A stretch of DNA of 64,000 nucleotides. Source: an uncultured Pseudomonadales bacterium. Lineage in GTDB: Bacteria; Patescibacteriota; Microgenomatia; UBA1400; PJMF01. Position numbers and translations under genes: made by a program. Shown piece after piece: positions 61,205 through 64,000 of this stretch. The notes under the pieces are model-generated. The model was given only the letters and a program-made list of their open reading frames with translations, had not been told where the DNA came from and did not search any database. The stretch lies in the NCBI GenBank assembly GCA_964648715.1, contig CAZYNM010000001.1, positions 16,040 to 80,039 on the forward strand. The letters are read 5' to 3'. The first letter of the stretch is position 1; every line of letters starts with the position of its first letter.

Positions 61205-61578
61205 CAGCAGATACACTCTATACCACTGATCTTTTAGAAGAGTATCGCGAGCCGCAAAACAAGGTGGTTCTGCCGGATGCTGACATGGTTCAAGCACAGT
61301 TTAACGCCAGCTGTGGTGATGACGTAACGGTGTATGTCAAACTCCAAAGCAACAAAACCCATATTGAAAAGGTTACTTGGCAGGGCAGTGGTTGTGTGAT
61401 TAGTCAGGTGACATTAAGTAAACTGAGTGCGTTTGTGGTAGGTAAAGAAGTGTCCGCAGTGCTTGAGCTAAAACAAACTGATTTGTTGAGCTTGCTTGGT
61501 ATGTCAGAAATTAGCTATGGTCGAGAGAAGTGCTTGCTGCTGGGACTGCGTGCTCTGCAGCAAGCTGTGGAGAAGTAG
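61201..61578 (+). CDS. sufU: SufU/IscU-like Fe-S scaffold / sulfur acceptor
   Basis: YREPQNKVVLPDAD...FNASCGDDVTVYVKL...GSGCVISQ...REKCLLLGLRAL (three conserved Cys). Confidence 0.75.
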   Translation: MTADTLYTTDLLEEYREPQNKVVLPDADMVQAQFNASCGDDVTVYVKLQSNKTHIEKVTWQGSGCVISQVTLSKLSAFVVGKEVSAVLELKQTDLLSLLGMSEISYGREKCLLLGLRALQQAVEK

Positions 61579-61630
61579 TCTTGATCGTGGTATAGTCAGC
61601 TTAATTTTCCTGAAAGAGGAGGTTTTGTCT

Positions 61631-64000
61631 ATGTCAAATTCTTCGCAATATGGACGAGTTTTTGATGAATTCACAAATCTATACCCTGTATCTAAAACAC
61701 TCCGTTTTGAACTTGTCCCTGATCCAGCCTCCCTTGAACACATGAAGACTAGATTTGGATATGATCCTGAAATTCAAGCTTTCTTGTGTGACAAAGAAAT
61801 TGAAGATGCATATCAAAGACTCAAACCAGTTTTAGATAAAATTCACGAGCAGTTTATTACTGAAAGTCTAACTTCCAATGACGTAAAGAAAATTGATTTT
61901 TCTGAATATTTTAAGACTTTTTTTGAAATAAAAGAGAGTAAAAAAGGTGATCTTAAAAAGGTAGAAAGTCAGCTCCGCAAACAAATTGGAGATGCTTTTG
62001 TTAGCACATCCATTGCTTGGAAGCCTAAAGCAGGTAATAACTCAAAAGGCAAACCAATTTTGAGTGACAATGGCTACAAAATTTTGACTGAAAAGGGAAT
62101 ACTCAAGTATATTGAAATTCATGCTGATGATTTTGTTGACATCCTTGATAAGGATACATTACTAAAGATATTGGAACAATTTAGTGACTTTTTCACATAT
62201 TTCTCAGGATTTAGCCAAAATAGAGAAAATTACTATACCACTAAAGACGAAAAGGAAACTGCGGTAGCTACGCGTATAGTTTCAGTGAATCTTCCTAAAT
62301 TTTGCGACAATATTGTAGCTTTTCAAGAAAGAACACAAGAATACCTCGAAATATCTAATTACTTAGAGAATATTGGTGTTAACTTAGTTGATCTACAAAA
62401 AAACAAATTAGAACCAGTTGCAAAGGAATTATTTGTAATAGAACATTTTTCGAATTGCTTATCTCAACAGGAAATAGATATTTATAACGAAAAAATAGGG
62501 AAAGTAAATTTACTTGTCAATTTGTACAATCAAAATAAAAAGAGTCAAAAGAATGAATTTAAGAAATTACCGCAGTTTAAAACACTGTATAAACAGATTG
62601 GATGTGGAAAGAGAAAAGTAACATTTGAGCAAATTACAGATTATTCTGAGAGAGAAGCTCAAGAAAAACGTGCTCAGAAGAAGCAAGCATTATCTGTTGA
62701 GGCTGTTTTGAACACAGTTGTAAATGCAGGAAATAAATATTTTAAAATACCATCTACAGATGGGATGGTGCATTCTGTCCTAGATTTTGTGAAGTATCTT
62801 AGAGAAGCAAATTCATATGAAGGAATTTATATAACAAAGACTGCACTTAATTCCATATCAGGAAAGTATTTTAATCAATGGGATGTACTACAAAAAGCTT
62901 TGGTTAAATCAGGTGTATTTGCTACAGACAAAAAATCAGAGGATGGATTTAGAATACCTGCAGCTATTGAACTTTCTGCTTTATTTGAAGTAATCAATAC
63001 AGTTGAGGATTGGAAAGTATCATTCTTTAAGCCTGCAGTATTGAAAGATTCAGTGAAAGCAAAGTTGATTGAATCAAGTGCATCTGCAGCAAGTGCATTG
63101 CTAGCATGTATTTTTTCAGATCTAGAGCAAGCAGTCTCAAAGTTTATTGAAAATCAAAGTGCCGTTCTAGAATCAGCTGACTTCAAAAGTGTTGAAAGAA
63201 AAGAGGTGATTAAGAATTGGCTAGATCAAATGCTTGTCATCAGCCAAATCGTTAAGTACTTCTCAGTTAAAGAAAAAGATGTAAAGGGTAAGTCACTTGA
63301 TCCATTAGTCGCAGAATTTATGAAAAACTTTTTTGAAGGTGATGCGCACTGGTCATCTTGGTATGACTTAATTCGCAATTTCATGACTAGAAAAGTGCAA
63401 GATAGAGCTAATGACAAGGCAAATAGAATGAAGTTGAACTTCGGAAATAGCACACTTGCCGATGGCTGGGATGTTAATAAAGAACCAAGTAATTATTGTG
63501 TTTTACTAAAGAATCCAAACGGAAAATACCATCTAGCTATAATTTCAAAATCAAATGGTAAACAAACGAATGCTAATACATTTGTAAAAAATAGCAAAAA
63601 CCCACTATACATTGTGAGAGATGTAAGCAATGTCTGGCAAAAAATGGAGTATAAACTTTTACCTGGCCCAAATAAAATGTTGCCTAAATGCTTATTACCA
63701 AAATCAAACATTAAAAAATATGGAGCGTCTAACGAAGTAATTGATATATATAATTCAGGTGCATTCAAAAAGAATGAGTCTAATTTTTCAATTAGTAAAC
63801 TTCATATCCTAATTGATTTCTATAAACAGGCAATAAGAAAATATACTGATTGGCAATGTTTTAACTTCAACTTTTTACACACAGAAAAATATACTGATAT
63901 TAGTGAGTTTTATCATGATGTTGAAAAGGCTGGTTACATAGTTAATTTTGTATCAATAAGTGGTGAGCACCTAAATAAGTTAGTTAATGAAGGAAAAATC
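61631..64000 (+). CDS. cas12a: CRISPR-associated endonuclease Cas12a (Cpf1), N-terminal ~790 aa; 3' partial, runs off the window
   Basis: RBS AAAGAGGAGG then ATG 61631; ORF open and in frame to nt 64000; translation contains Cas12a hallmarks: YPVSKTLRFELVP (N-terminal), FSGFSQNRENYYT, RIVSVNLPKFCDNI, MKLNFGNSTLADGWDVNKE (WED), YKLLPGPNKMLPK (PAM-interacting), FYHDVEKAGY...FVSISGEHLNKLVNEGKI; absent from the supplied ORF track because it has no in-window stop. Confidence 0.85.
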   Translation, partial: MSNSSQYGRVFDEFTNLYPVSKTLRFELVPDPASLEHMKTRFGYDPEIQAFLCDKEIEDAYQRLKPVLDKIHEQFITESLTSNDVKKIDFSEYFKTFFEIKESKKGDLKKVESQLRKQIGDAFVSTSIAWKPKAGNNSKGKPILSDNGYKILTEKGILKYIEIHADDFVDILDKDTLLKILEQFSDFFTYFSGFSQNRENYYTTKDEKETAVATRIVSVNLPKFCDNIVAFQERTQEYLEISNYLENIGVNLVDLQKNKLEPVAKELFVIEHFSNCLSQQEIDIYNEKIGKVNLLVNLYNQNKKSQKNEFKKLPQFKTLYKQIGCGKRKVTFEQITDYSEREAQEKRAQKKQALSVEAVLNTVVNAGNKYFKIPSTDGMVHSVLDFVKYLREANSYEGIYITKTALNSISGKYFNQWDVLQKALVKSGVFATDKKSEDGFRIPAAIELSALFEVINTVEDWKVSFFKPAVLKDSVKAKLIESSASAASALLACIFSDLEQAVSKFIENQSAVLESADFKSVERKEVIKNWLDQMLVISQIVKYFSVKEKDVKGKSLDPLVAEFMKNFFEGDAHWSSWYDLIRNFMTRKVQDRANDKANRMKLNFGNSTLADGWDVNKEPSNYCVLLKNPNGKYHLAIISKSNGKQTNANTFVKNSKNPLYIVRDVSNVWQKMEYKLLPGPNKMLPKCLLPKSNIKKYGASNEVIDIYNSGAFKKNESNFSISKLHILIDFYKQAIRKYTDWQCFNFNFLHTEKYTDISEFYHDVEKAGYIVNFVSISGEHLNKLVNEGKI

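Overview
This window looks like a compact bacterial chromosome segment with almost no non-coding space, consistent with a small, streamlined genome and possibly a CPR/Patescibacteria-like lineage (inference). The pointers to a reduced genome are a minimal IF2, a short HrcA, a DnaJ without a zinc finger, and several fused or truncated housekeeping genes. Core content: the C-terminal end of a ribonucleotide reductase; t6A genes (tsaD plus a fused tsaC-tsaE); yidC; an SPFH protein; groES-groEL, hrcA-grpE-dnaK and a dnaJ-like gene, each chaperone unit preceded by a CIRCE-like inverted repeat; two divergent CAT-anticodon tRNAs; a tyrosine recombinase; ftsH; nusA-infB; rpsO; pnp; sod; and a suf Fe-S cluster (sufC, sufB, a short sufD-like gene, sufS, sufU) interrupted by about 6 kb of two-component and polysaccharide-synthesis genes. 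Accessory content: a 5-gene plus-strand block at 0.9-10 kb (a 1322-aa membrane giant, a small acidic protein, an 856-aa HD-domain protein, a macro-domain protein and a 445-aa unknown); a GCS2 plus RLAN-ATP-grasp amidoligase pair; and several glycosyltransferases. The most notable point: an unterminated ORF starting at 61631 (absent from the supplied ORF track because it runs off the window) encodes the N-terminal ~790 aa of a Cas12a (Cpf1) effector, sitting directly downstream of sufU. No CRISPR array lies inside the window; any array or cas1/cas2/cas4 would be beyond 64000.
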